DNA of 61,837 nucleotides, counting the filler, from Nemertoderma westbladi (Eukaryota > Animalia > Xenacoelomorpha), in the NCBI GenBank assembly GCA_032718475.1. It is 3 parts of 3 records of this genome, joined end to end, with 100 filler letters (N's around TTAATTAATTAA, not from the genome) between each part and the next. Parts side by side here need not be neighbours in the genome. Positions count along the whole stretch, not along the records: positions 23,317 to 52,970 come from JAUCBJ010008973.1; positions 53,071 to 61,837 come from JAUCBJ010005074.1; 1 more part is not named here. One strand, given 5' to 3'. The notes under the pieces are model-generated. The model was not told the origin of the DNA, searched no databases, and saw nothing but the letters and a program-made list of their open reading frames with translations. Position numbers and translations under genes: made by a program. Below are positions 49,243 to 61,106 of this stretch, one piece after another. Every line of letters begins with the position of its first letter. Position 1 is the first letter of the stretch.

Positions 49243-51319
49243 CACCAGTAGTATGTCTGATAACATATGTTTTCTTTAACAATAATACTTATTGATTAAA
49301 TCTGATTTATTTTAATCTTCCTAATGTAGCCATTACAATGGGATTATGTTAATTGAATTGATTTTACGACATACACTTTTTTTGTCTCTTTATGCTACAC
49401 CGCACGTGAACGACAAGACAATTAAATTGAATTACTCCCACCTGCTCTCTCTACCATAGCCCAGTATGGAGGAGTCCCTTTCATTATCTTTTAAACCTGT
49501 ACAGGAAGTGGCCGTATTTCGTAGCATTATAGTTGTATCGCAATTTGTAACCTTAATAAACTCAAGTGTTGGGGTGTGTATGTGTGGTGGTTTCAACTCT
49601 AAACCAAAGTGTGCCCACATTATTATCGGGACATCCATCTCTCTCTCTCCCTCTGACGATTTCAACCCAACACAATTCTTCACTCACTCCATCCCCTGTT
49701 TTCCGGCTTTTAAACTTTTTATTAAACACATCCGGCTGGTATTTCGTACAACAAGGACAACTCGCTGTATACCAATGAAGCGGTTTCTTTTAAGAGTTTC
49801 ATATACGCTTGACTGATTGATACAGACATATAACGAAGTTTTTAAATTTACTTGTGACCGTTAAGTGACTAATACTTATGTAGCTATGAGTCATAACAAA
49901 CTGCTCATTTTGCCATTCGCCGGCGAACTGTTAGTATACTTACTATCTCTCTACATCTACGAATCAAATCATCCCATCCCACTTACTTACATTAAAACTT
50001 AACAACGAATATTTATTAATTATTATACGATGGGGGATTTTCATTTCCGTTAAATGATACAGTAGATTCCCTCTCATGATTAATTTCAACTTTCTTATGT
50101 TATCTTCTACCTTATAGTCAAGCTCATTAGAGTTCACGAATTATTAGTAGGACGGATCCACCATGGATGTCCTTATTTCTCACACGTGTTTGTTTGTTTG
50201 TTTGTTTTTGTTTGTTTGTACACACAACTTCTTGCATTTAATGTTGATGGAATTGGATGAAATTTTGAATATAAGGTTCATTATCGGACCTATCATTATA
50301 GTTGAGTATGCGAGGTTTTGATTGCTAGTTATCTGTGTATATTATTGTACTTGTGGTTCAAGTTCCTTTGTCTCTATTACTATATATACATATCTCGAAC
50401 AAATATCAATGAAATAATACTTAGGATAGATCGTTAGAAAGCTTTCACCCTAACTCCTAACTTGCACCGCAGATATCTCGAACCGCAAACTGCTAATTAT
50501 CTCGGGCTAATTCATTAATTAGCGTTAATTAATGATTTTGTTAGTTTTTGCTACAATGTCATTGCCGCTCCCATCCCGGTTAGGAGCCCATATAGTTAGA
50601 GCATTTATTGCATTCATTGACTGTATATTCCGTCGTGCTCAATTCTCCTTGTTAAACTGGTCCTGCACACAATGTGTTATGTTCAGTTGCTGTGCGCTGA
50701 TAGGAATAAAGCAGTGAGTGTAGTCGTCGAGTTATGTGTGAACGCCAGTTTCCGCTTTAATTTCACAAATTTTTGGACCACATAATAATTTAGATTGAGG
50801 TCAGTAACCCCGCCCTCCTGCCCTGGGATTTTTTCCAGCTCAATAAAGGTTTGTCTATAGAGAACTAAGCATACTTGCCATATACAAAGGAGATTATATC
50901 TTGTGGCACTACTGAATTATTATTAAAACTACTCAATTACTTGCATAGTGTCCCCGTGTGGTTAGTAAATTCAGGATGAGTCATTAACTTGGGCGCCATT
51001 AGCAGTATTAATGCAGCTTAAAGTTGCTCCTCCCACATACATTGTCCCTTATTGTCGGCCTTGTCATCAGAGAGTTGAGTGGAACTCACGGTGAAGCATG
51101 GGAGGGGATGTGGAGTGAGTCATCCTTAAGCTGACAAAGTTAGTGCTGTGTGGGATATGTACTGTAGTAGCTTGCCAAAGTTAGCATCTCTTTACTTTAC
51201 ATAAGATAGAGATTATTGTGTACTTAGTAGAGTTGTTTTCTTAGGTATATGCGCAGTGAGACAATGAGACGAGAAAAAATATTTTTTCAGTGTAGTCTTT
51301 ATTACTTAACTATTATTAC

Positions 51320-51425
51320 AGATAAGGGGGGGGGGGGGACTTTCTACGCAATCAAAATTCATCCCTCTCCAGGGGAAATTCGACCCAAATAACAGCTGAT
51401 TACTTCCAAAAATAAAACTGCAACT
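51320..51425 (+). repeat. Dispersed repeat, second copy at 58051-58170
   Basis: Poly-G then AAAATTCATCCCTCTCCAG.GGAAATTCGAC.CAAATAACAGCTGATTACT. Confidence 0.8.
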
Positions 51426-52417
51426 TGTTCTATTGACTCTAGTTTATTGTTTTGGTTAGAATAGTGTGCCACTGTAACCTGCTCCTTTCCTTAATTGATA
51501 ATTTAACATTGATGCGGTATATTAATTCGCCAAAAGGGATTTGCGTCAAGTTCCCCCGTGTCTATTATTTATACGATTATTTGCTCCAGACTACCAGACC
51601 AAAAGTCCATCTTATCCACGCTCACTCATAGTACATTACATACGTATCTGATCATGACATGGCATTCATGCGTTCATTATTTTAATTTGGGTGCATTTTA
51701 TTTTAATTAGTAATTGCTGTATATTCCATTTTCATACATATGAGTGGATCTCATTAAAATGATTTATTATCGATTAGCGCGACATGGTTTGTGTTTCTTC
51801 TGCATGGGGGATCTAGAATTCTCGAGTTCTATTCGCTTTGTAGAGAAGTATCCCGGGGCTGTTGTCTCTTGCAGTATACTGTTAGTTCGCTTGTGCAGTC
51901 CACAGTGTAATTGTCATCTGCTCAGAGGTCCAGATACAAATTCTTGGAATAGGAAAATCGTTAACGCTACAGCTTTGATGACTAATTGCTCGGCTCATCT
52001 GGCAGCCTGTCAATTTATTCTGAGTCTCATTTGTGTAACACTATTCTCTTGTAATCAGTTCTTTCTACATTGGCTGTATCCGCTGTTGATCTTATTCTGT
52101 ATTGAGTTTTTATGTCTCGGAATTTGTTTACATTCTCGTGGGACGAGCCACGAAGTAAATGATCATTCAGCCTACAGATTAGTGCTGGTCATATAAGTCG
52201 GACTTCGTAGTGTGTCGTAAAAAGTTTTCGAGAATTACGACAATTTCACTCGAGGGCCACAGGTCTTGCTCAATAAATTAACCCGACTTTTATTTTCGCA
52301 CCAAATGTCATATATTTATTCATTAATAACAATATGTTTCTAGCAGAGAAGCAAGCCCCCTATTATTTCGCGCATTAGTTGTAAAATAAATAGTTTAAAA
52401 TTTCTTTCATTTTGTTA

Positions 52418-52970
52418 TCAATGCATACAACAGACCTTCTCTACGCGCACTCAATGCATACAAACCTTCTCTACGCGCACTCAATGCATACAAACCTTCT
52501 CTATGCGCACTCAATGCATACATACCTTCTCTACGCGCACTCAATGCATACAAACCTTCTCTACGCGCACTCAATGCATACAAACCTTCTCTACGCGCAC
52601 TCAATGCATACAAACCTTCTCTACGCGCACTCAATGCATACAAACCTTCTCTACGCGCACTCAAGGCATACAAACCTTCTCTACGCGCACTCAAGGCATA
52701 CAAACCTTCTCTATGCGCACTCAATGCATACAAACCTTCTCTACGCGCACTCAATGCATACAAACCTTCTCTACGCGCACTCAATGCATACAAACCTTCT
52801 CGACGCGCACTCAAGGCATACAAACCTTCTCTACGCGCACTCAATGCATACAAACCTTATCTACGCGCACTCAATGCATACAAACCTTCTCTACGCGCAC
52901 TCAATGTATACAGACCTTCTCTACGCGCACTCAATGCATACAGACCTTCTCTACGCGCACTCAATGCATA
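52418..52970. repeat. 30-bp satellite running into the gap
   Basis: Unit CTACGCGCACTCAATGCATACAAACCTTCT, about 18 copies. Confidence 0.97.
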
Positions 52971-53070
52971 NNNNNNNNNNNNNNNNNNNNNNNNNNNNNN
53001 NNNNNNNNNNNNNNTTAATTAATTAANNNNNNNNNNNNNNNNNNNNNNNNNNNNNNNNNNNNNNNNNNNN
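52971..53070. other. Artificial scaffold spacer
   Basis: N44-TTAATTAATTAA-N44. Confidence 0.97.
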
Positions 53071-53943
53071 TCAGTTATGCGTGATTTAATCTTAATGACC
53101 GAAAAACATTGTGATAACATAATAGTAATAACAGGAATGTTTATTGAAGTTAGAATTTAATATCATCAAAATATGTTCGGTAAAAAGATACACTTCGGAT
53201 TCCCTAATAACAGAATGAATTTCATCGCGGTTGTTAGTTGATTAAATAGGTTGAGATACGAAGGGACAGGGAAGTTGTAAAGAAGAGCTGTCATAGGTCA
53301 ATGTGTCTTATTGTCATTGTATGCGGTATTAGAGGTGGTGATAATTGGTGAGAGTTGAATAGTGAATGTAGCAATTAGATTACCCGGCCAAGAATGTATA
53401 GTGGTATGTAGATATCAGCTGATATTATAAACATTATATTATATTGAATGCTAGCGGTTGGATTTTGTGGGCTAATATGCTCGAGCTGACTTGTTACAAG
53501 CATTGTACGAAGTAAGGGGTATTTTTTTACTGGTCATGTACAATCTGTAACATGGATGTTATAAATCATTAACCCATCTTGACTATACTATAATAGTCGA
53601 GTGAAGCAAACGTAGTCACCGTATGTATACGTTCAGTTTTACTGAACACTGTCGCCATTTTCTTTGGTCATTTTATTGTCTTCTATTGGAAGTTTTGCCA
53701 CAATGGCTTACAGTCAACGTTAAACAATTATTTACATACCGTAGCTATCTTTTCATGAAAATTTTTTCACATTTCTCAAAATTCTCTCTGTACTTTGTAC
53801 TTTATAATATTGCGGTATTATTGTTTAGTTATAGAAATAGGGGCTTCGGGCTGCCGCCATTGATTAGATTTTCACTTCCACCAATAACCTTACTTTACAT
53901 TTATCCTCCAATCAGCAATACATTTACCACCACTGAATATTTT

Positions 53944-54460
53944 GTGGGGCGAGCCACGAAGTGAGTGAGCCTTAGCGTAGGGGTAGGCCTACCATTAATC
54001 AACCTATCGTTCTGTGCGTTCTTTCGAGGTTTTTTTGCAGTGTTCAATTTTAAACGTTAATAACTCTGCGAATCCTCGATGAAATCTATCCAAACTTGGC
54101 ACACATGTTGTTTGGCAATGGTTTAGACATTTTCCAAGTAGAATTTACGTGTGGCCTTCGAGAAGCTAAGATAAATGCAGTTAATTAGGTAATTAATTAA
54201 TTGCGGTAAAAAAAAGGCATTTTCAAGCCTGTATTTTAGAGGAAATTAATTATTTTATCGTATAAGATATAAATAATTAGACTTAAAAGTTATTATGATG
54301 TAATCCCCATACCACATTCCATTATAGTTTTTAATTAGTTCAGCGTTATTAAATCTGTTTTTAATTGATCTAAAGTAATTAGAACGACATTAACTGCTTA
54401 GTTATTGGCCAGCAGATTAGAATTCGCTGATAGAATTCTTCTAGGATGGGGTGTGTAGAC
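53944..54460 (+). mobile_element. HINE-like element 5' part (B-type head joined to A-type body)
   Basis: GTGGGGCGAGCCACGAAGTGAGTGAGCC head, then GTGGCCTTCGAGAAGCTAAGATAA body as in 55810-56100. Confidence 0.65.
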
Positions 54461-54695
54461 TTACTATATCTGGATCAGCAGGCAGCAGCAGTAAGTTAAT
54501 TGGGATGACGGACTGGGCTGGGTATGAAATTTCTACGGAGCCCCTAAAGGGACATGGGTTTCCCCCTTTTTTTAAATCAGGCCCAGAGATACTAAGTCAG
54601 GGCCAGAGATACTAAGTCCGGCCCGGAAATACTATCTCAGGCCCGGAGATACTAAGTCCGTCCCAGAGATAGTAAGTCTGCGCCAGAGATAATAA

Positions 54696-55051
54696 CAATG
54701 TGTTGGCAAGCTGTATTTTTCGAGGTGTTTGTTATTATACATTTATTATAGGAAGTGATCTAGGGGTCTTTACCTCGAATGATAAGTTTTATTTTACCGA
54801 AAATAACTAATCGAATCCGACACCACGCCGATGAGACCCAGTAAGGTCGAAACGCGTACGTGGTTTGGAGAGATATGAGATATTAATTTCAAGAAAAAAT
54901 TACGCGATTCCTAAATTTGTACACTACCCGGTTAAAAAAGTACGCATGTGATGGGATTAGTCCTACAATTGCGCCAATAAAACGATAAGTTATTTTCGGT
55001 AAAATAAAACTTATCATTCGAGGTAAAGACCCCTAGATCACTTCCTATAAT
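54696..55051 (+). mobile_element. 356-bp insertion, Penelope-like or retrozyme-like remnant
   Basis: 11-bp TSD AGAGATAATAA (54685-54695, 55052-55062); perfect 65-bp inverted repeat 54744-54808 / 54988-55052 enclosing a hammerhead motif. Confidence 0.7.
54816..54869 (+). ncRNA. Minimal type I hammerhead ribozyme (U4C variant)
   Basis: Stem I ACCACG/CGTGGT, core CCGATGA, stem II GACC-CAGTAA-GGTC, GAAA, palindromic ACGCGT stem III, GUA cleavage triplet ending at 54858. Confidence 0.8.
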
Positions 55052-55620
55052 AGAGATAATAAGGCCGACCCTGAGATATTATCTCAGGCCCGGAGATACT
55101 AAGTCCGGCCTGGAGATAATAAGTCCGGCCCGGAGATACTATCTCAGGCTCGGACATACTAAGTCCGGCCCGGAGATACTAAGATCGGCCCAGAGATACT
55201 ATCTCAGGCCCGGAGATACTAAGTCCGGCCAGGAGATACTATCTCAGGTCCGGAGATACTAAGTCCGGCCTGGAGATACTATCTCAAGCCCAGAGTACTG
55301 TACTATCTCAGGTCCGGAGATACTAAGCCCAGCCAGGAGATACCAAGTCCGGCCCGGAGATACTATCTCAGACCCTGAGATAGAGTCTCTAGCCTGGAGG
55401 GAAATTCAATTTGAGTATTAAGTTGGACTGGCAAACTGGGGTGGGGTGGTGGTTTACTGGCTGACTGGCTAATCGCCTCCAGTCCATCACCAGTCACCCA
55501 GTAGTCATTCTGTCGTTTTCACTAGCTGCGTTACTGATTTTACTTTAACGCTACCTTACTCCTATCTCACAAATTGAAATGTGAAACTCATGTTTCCGTG
55601 TTTCTTGTTCCCGTCAAGAT

Positions 55621-57131
55621 GTGGGGCGAGCGACGAAAGTAAGCGAGCTTAGCATACAGGTACCACTAACTCAATCGGGGTGTGCCTGTCGTTCTGTCGT
55701 GTCCAATTTTAAACGTTAATAAATCAGCCAAATGTTAATGAAATTTAACCAAACTTGGTACACATGTAGTCTGGCCAAAGTTTAGAAATTTTTCAAGTTG
55801 AATTTTCGCGTGGCCTTCGAGAAGCTAAGATAATAGCAGTTAATTAGTCAATTAAGTTGATTAGGGTAACAACATCAATTTTAACCTGCCTCATTAAAGG
55901 ATATTAATTATTTTCTAGTATAAGATTTAAATAATTATACTTAAAAGTTATACAGCTGTAATCCCCATACAACATTCCATTATAGTTTTTAATTAGTTCA
56001 AGTGATTTGCTTTAATAAATGTGTCTTTAATTGATCTAAACGTAATTAAAGCGGCACAATTATTGAGTACAAATTTAATCCTTCCCATTATTGGTCAATA
56101 TAGTCTCTGCGGGGTGTAGAGCTGCTAGCTGGCTGGGAGATGTTTGTGTAGCCTTACCAGGGCAGAGGGGAATTGTTCTGTAATAGGCAGCCAGTAGTAT
56201 TGCTATAGCAACACAGACATAACTCCAACCACACTGCCTGTATTTCAATTCCTATTGACTCTATATTATAAATGTTGTATTACTTACTATCTCAGGTGAC
56301 AGAAGATATAATGACATAAATTCTCATGGCTGTTGTGGGCTTATATCTGAAATAGTTTATTCCGCAATATATTTGTCTGGTTATTTTTTAATTGAATTTT
56401 TGCAAAGTAGTAAAATTAATGTTCTTAAAAATAATATTATTATTTTATATGTAACCAAGGAAATTAACTACATATTTAAGAGCAGCTTTAAGAGTGTACA
56501 TTGATTTAATATTATTTCAATACCCAAATTACTACATCGGCATACGATGCGTTGGCGTTGTATAACACATCTCCACATAGATGTATCAGCAGTTACTCGC
56601 AGTTTCGAAACTTCGCATAGGTATAACTGTATAAAGATCGTCAGTCTTGGTTTAGGAAAAATATTTTAATGCAAAACAGGACGAGCAACGAGCGCAACGA
56701 GGCATATAATGAAGACCAGTACTGCGTAGACTATATTCCTGTAAACCATACCTGGCTTCGCCTATTGAAGGCATCGGTAGTTATAAAGATCGTCCGTCAG
56801 TCTGCGTTTAGGAAATATGTTTAAATACAAAACAGGACGAGCACAACGACGTTTATAATAATGAAGACGAGTACTGCCTACTGCGTTGAAGGCATCGGTA
56901 GTTATAAATTACTGGTGGGTGGGAAGGTTGGGGGGGGGGGGGTGTGGGGGGGGCGGGTGCAGATTAAAAGGGGCGAACACGTACTGTCCCCCTTTCTTTG
57001 ATTGAGTGGTGGTGTGGGTAAATTTCTCAAAACCTGATTTGTGATACAGTCGCTCAATTTTAATCTGTATCTGTTAACTGAGCCTCGTCCTGAGCGATGG
57101 CCCCACGAACGTGTCTGTACTTGTAGAACAG
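55621..57131 (+). mobile_element. Uninterrupted HINE-like element A
   Basis: Reverse complement of 12140-13470 plus 15374-15450; GTGGGGC at 55621, GCCCCAC at 57100-57106, imperfect hairpin at 57115-57131. Confidence 0.7.
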
Positions 57132-57332
57132 CCATTGATTTGGAATTGAGAACCCAGTTAGCTGATTGGCTGCAATTTGTTTCTGTTGATTGCTGTGTCA
57201 GTGCTACAATGTCTATGAACCTGTTCTGTGTTTTATCTCCGGGCCGGACTTAGTATCTTAGGGCCTGAGATAGTATCTCCGGGCCGGACTTAGTATCTCA
57301 GGGCCTGAGATAGTATCTCCAGGCCGGACTTA

Positions 57333-57921
57333 CTACTACTACTAGGATCGGCATGCTGCATTGCAGCTGCATTTTTAAGAATGCTGTGCCGGCTTATCGA
57401 CAAAATTGCACCGCCACAACTCCCTATCACCCATGACATTTGCTAGATCATCCGCATCTTCAAGGCCAGTGTCCTTTAAGATGCGTCTCAAGAAAGTCAT
57501 GGGCTGTCCACCATGCTTATTCACTCCATGAGGCTGCCAAAGTACAAGATTATGCACTGGCTGGTCCTCACGGCGAAAGCAATGTCCTGCAAAGCGGAGG
57601 CGATTTTGTTCTAGTGTCAAGCTTGGGGAAACCAATGAGACAGCTCCAATGTTATATAGTGTCTGGTTGGAGTATGTGTGCATTGTACTTGACACAATGA
57701 ACCCGGCGTAGCATTCTTGTGAATGTGCCATCCAGAGATTTGGTGTCCTCAGCAGTTAGAGCCCAGCATGGACTCCCATAGAGGAGTACTGGAACTACTG
57801 CTGCTCTAAATAATCGGACCTTAAGTTTCCGATTAATTGAGATAGTATACCATCTTTTGAGCTTATGCTCATCCGATCAGAGACTTGCTGAGGGCTTTCA
57901 AAGTTAACTGTCAAAATTTTG
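57333..57921 (-). mobile_element. RTE LINE fragment with internal deletion
   Basis: Same family as 5204-5786; (TAG)n tail; GGCCGGACTTA on both sides (57322-57332, 57922-57932). Confidence 0.92.
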
Positions 57922-58170
57922 GGCCGGACTTAGAAAAAAAAGGGGAACCTATGTCCCTTTAGGGGCTCCGTAAATTTCTGTAGGAGAAGTAATGGATTAT
58001 TTATATTCCTAGCTAGCCAGTGGCATCGCTCTTTGCCTGTCTGTTTCTGCAGATAGGGGGGGGGGGGGGGGGGGGGAACTGGAAACTGGACGCAATAAAA
58101 ATTCATCCCTCTCCAGTGGAAATTCGACGCAAATAACAGCTGATTACTCTAAAAAATAAAACTGTAACCT

Positions 58171-58585
58171 GTGGGGCGAGCCACGAAGTGAGTGAGCCTT
58201 AGCGTAGTGGTACCATTAATCAACCTGTCGTTCTGTCGTTCTGTCGTTCTGTCGTTCTGTCGTTCTGTCGCGTTTTTTTTCAGTATTTTATTTTAAACGT
58301 TAATAACTCGGCCAATCCTTGATGAAATCTATCCAAACTTGGTACACATGTTGTTTGGCAAAAGTTTGAAAATTTTCCAAGTAGAATTTGCGTGGGGCCT
58401 TCGTGCAGCATCAGTGTAACTGTTATTGCAGTTATAATAAATTTATTTATCCAAATTTAAAATGCGTTAAATTATTATTACTGTAGGATAAATCAGCTGG
58501 TTTTCTGACAAATTTTGCAATTCTGCATGTACCATGTGTACCGGTACTGTCAGGCTGTACTCAATCCCTGAATCGAGAATCCTGC
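58171..58585 (+). mobile_element. HINE-like element B 5' part
   Basis: B head, (CTGTCGTT)5-6, and inverted similarity to 2960-3330. Confidence 0.7.
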
Positions 58586-58826
58586 TAGGGTGCATTTATA
58601 GTCAGATGCCGTCCGATCCGATCCGATCCGATCCGATGCATTTCGGCAATTATTGTAGCTACAACTGTCAGACTGCAGACTGTACAAGCCTAGCTGCTTA
58701 GGCTAGGCCTACTTCTAACACTGAACGCAGTCTGGTTGTATGACTATTGCTGTATTGGCCTATTGCTATTGTCTGATTGTATATGGCATGGCAGTACTGC
58801 AGTATGCAGGTATGGCAGTACACAGT

Positions 58827-59650
58827 ATGGGATCATTCGTAGCTCAGTAGCTCTGTAGCTGACTGTGGTGTTCAGAAGGAAATCGGACGCGCGTTGGATG
58901 TCCTGGAATGGAGTCTACCGACCAACTTGCAGGGTGAGGCTGTCCCTCTGCAGCTCTGATCCTGGGCGGTGGAGACTGTGCTGATCAGGATGGCGGAAAC
59001 GGGAAGCGGGAAGACCGGGGCATTCTGTATCCCGATACTACAGCTGGTCCATGAAACTCTACGGTACAAACTCCGAGATGGAAAACTCGATGGGAAATCG
59101 GGGGGAAGAACTAGGCCTACGAAATTTCAGTTGAACCCATTCGATAGAGCGATAGAGGTGACCAGTTGGCCATCTCCCCGGACGGATTGCTGTGTCATGC
59201 GCGTGGCCAGAGGAGTTGGCACGGTACCCGGACGACTAAAGGAATAGTCGGATCCGGTCGTTACTATTCAGCTATTACGAGGCGACGGTAAAGGACGAGG
59301 TGCGAGGGGCCATGTCGGGTTGGTTGGAGCACCGGAAGCGCGACACTCGATATCGGGACTGATAAAAATAGTTTTGGCTTCGGAGGAAACGGTAAGAAGT
59401 GCTTCGGGCGGCGTTTTGACGACTATGGACAACCATACGGACTAGGCGACGTGATCGGTTATCGGATCGATCTGGATGTGGGCACAATTGGGTACCGGTA
59501 CAGTAAAAACGGAAGTGATCTCGGGAAAGCTTTCGACAGTTCGAGATTCCCGCTAATTTACGCAAACTCCCGTTATTCCTGTATTCCCGCAGTCTGTGCT
59601 GTCGTATCTTTAAAGAATGCTGAAATTATGTTTATTTTCGCCGAATTTAT
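58827..59650 (+). pseudogene. DDX1: DDX1 DEAD-box helicase 5' fragment (Q motif, motif I, SPRY domain), frameshifted, no introns
   Basis: EWSLPTNLQ, PLILGGGD, ETGSGKTGAF, LNPFDRG, WHGTRTTKG, CRVGWST, GTDKNSFGFGG.GKK, SKNGSDLG.AFEIP, LKNAE. A SPRY domain after motif I is diagnostic of DDX1. Confidence 0.9.
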
Positions 59651-59699
59651 CCGTTTATCTGCGCATCTTCTTTCCGGGTACACCATTGTATCCCGGGCG

Positions 59700-59880
59700 C
59701 CGTTTTGTACCTACAATGTACCAAGTTGTGTAACTTTTGTACCCATTGTACCAAGTTGTGTACCTTTTGTACTTATTATGTACCAAGTTGTGTACCTTTT
59801 ACACCTACTATGTACCAAGTTGCGTACATTTTGTACCTATTATGTAACAGTTGTGTACGGTCTTGTACCTATTTATGTTT
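59700..59880. repeat. Degenerate tandem repeat, about 30 bp
   Basis: TGTACCAAGTTGTGTACCTTTTGTACCTA-like units, about 5 copies. Confidence 0.85.
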
Positions 59881-61041
59881 CCTAAAGTAAAGATGTGTAA
59901 TCTGATTATTATTATGATTGCTACATAACATGGTATAGAGAGGTCAGTAATGGTTGACCGATGCGCCTGTAAATAGCCTCTCGTCAACAAGTCAACCCCA
60001 CCGACTAGCGGTACTGGCTGTTTTTGCTGACGGGGCTCTGTCGAACAACGCGTCCCTGATAGCAGTAAAGGGGGTCTCTTTATTGAGGGGCAGTATTATT
60101 ATTGCCGCGGAACTGCCCCAACTCATCACCTCTCCCACTCCCGCTCTCCGACGAAAATGAACATAAAATCAACACACACCAACCCGCTACCCTACCCCGA
60201 CAGCCGACACCCACCCACACCTACTATCTGAAAGATTGTACTCAATACAAAAAAAACAGGATAAGTTGAATCATACAACTAAAGCGGTAAGCTTGCAAGA
60301 CGAATGCATGATTTACTGAGAATATCGGTCATAATCTCACTTCATGCAATACTGTACATATTGTTCAAAACTTTTACTAAATTAATTGCAATGCTCACCT
60401 ATCATTTCGCCTATCATTACTCTTACACACTCATAACTCATGCATGTTAAAAATTAAGGTAAATGGTACTGTACAAATCTGACAAATACTGGGATTGTAA
60501 TTCATCTCGCATGATATAAACTAACGAACAAATTGGCAATTAATATGGCTGATATTTACTTCCTTTTCATGTATATTTTTCAGAAATATTTCAAATGCAT
60601 TAATTTACATATTTTCAGGCCCTTTCATCCCATTTTACCAAATTTTACTTTCAGGGATTTTAAGTTCCATGCGGTATAGGGTTCCGCAACTTTTAGTGGC
60701 AACACAAGAGACATCTAACTCAGGGTAGGGTATTCCTTAAATACCCCCTGTAGGTGTTGGGCTGGGCTCCTATGGGTAAGATACAGCATAGCGCACTACC
60801 CAACTAACAAATTTCCACTAAATCTTCCACTTTCTTCTCTAAAACGCTCAAACTACCGTCCCAACTTCAGAAAAACAGAATAAAATTGGATTAGTTAGTA
60901 ATAAATACTATTACTATTTAATAAAGGTTCTATACCTATAATGATAACGGACAATATCTCTACTAAATACCCAACAAAACAATCCATCTAAGCACTTATT
61001 CCCAATTAACAGATTACAATTACATCTCTCTATGGTATACA

Positions 61042-61106
61042 GACGTTTCGGCCTAGGACGTTTCGGTCCAGGACGTTTCGGCCCGGACATTTCGGCCCGG
61101 ACGATT
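61042..61106. repeat. 13-14 bp tandem repeat
   Basis: GGACGTTTCGGCCC about 5 copies; likely transposon subterminal array. Confidence 0.8.

Larger units (their letters stand above)
54534..57972. mobile_element. Non-autonomous TIR transposon, IS3EU-like, carrying three nested insertions
   Basis: TIR TACGGAGCCCCTAAAGGGACAT at both ends; 6-bp TSD AATTTC (54528-54533, 57973-57978); inverted 20-bp subterminal arrays GGCCCGGAGATACT(AAGTCC/ATCTCA). Confidence 0.85.

Noticed and set aside
48100-52200. Short ORFs as possible exons
   Set aside because: No recognisable motifs or consistent splice structure by eye; a translated homology search would be needed.
52407-53026. Repetitive ORFs (YALSARREGL)n and others
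   Set aside because: 30-bp satellite open in several frames.
58839-58858. GT...AG 20-nt micro-intron in DDX1
   Set aside because: Splicing it out does not restore the frame, and the other inserts lack GT-AG ends; a double footprint explains it better.
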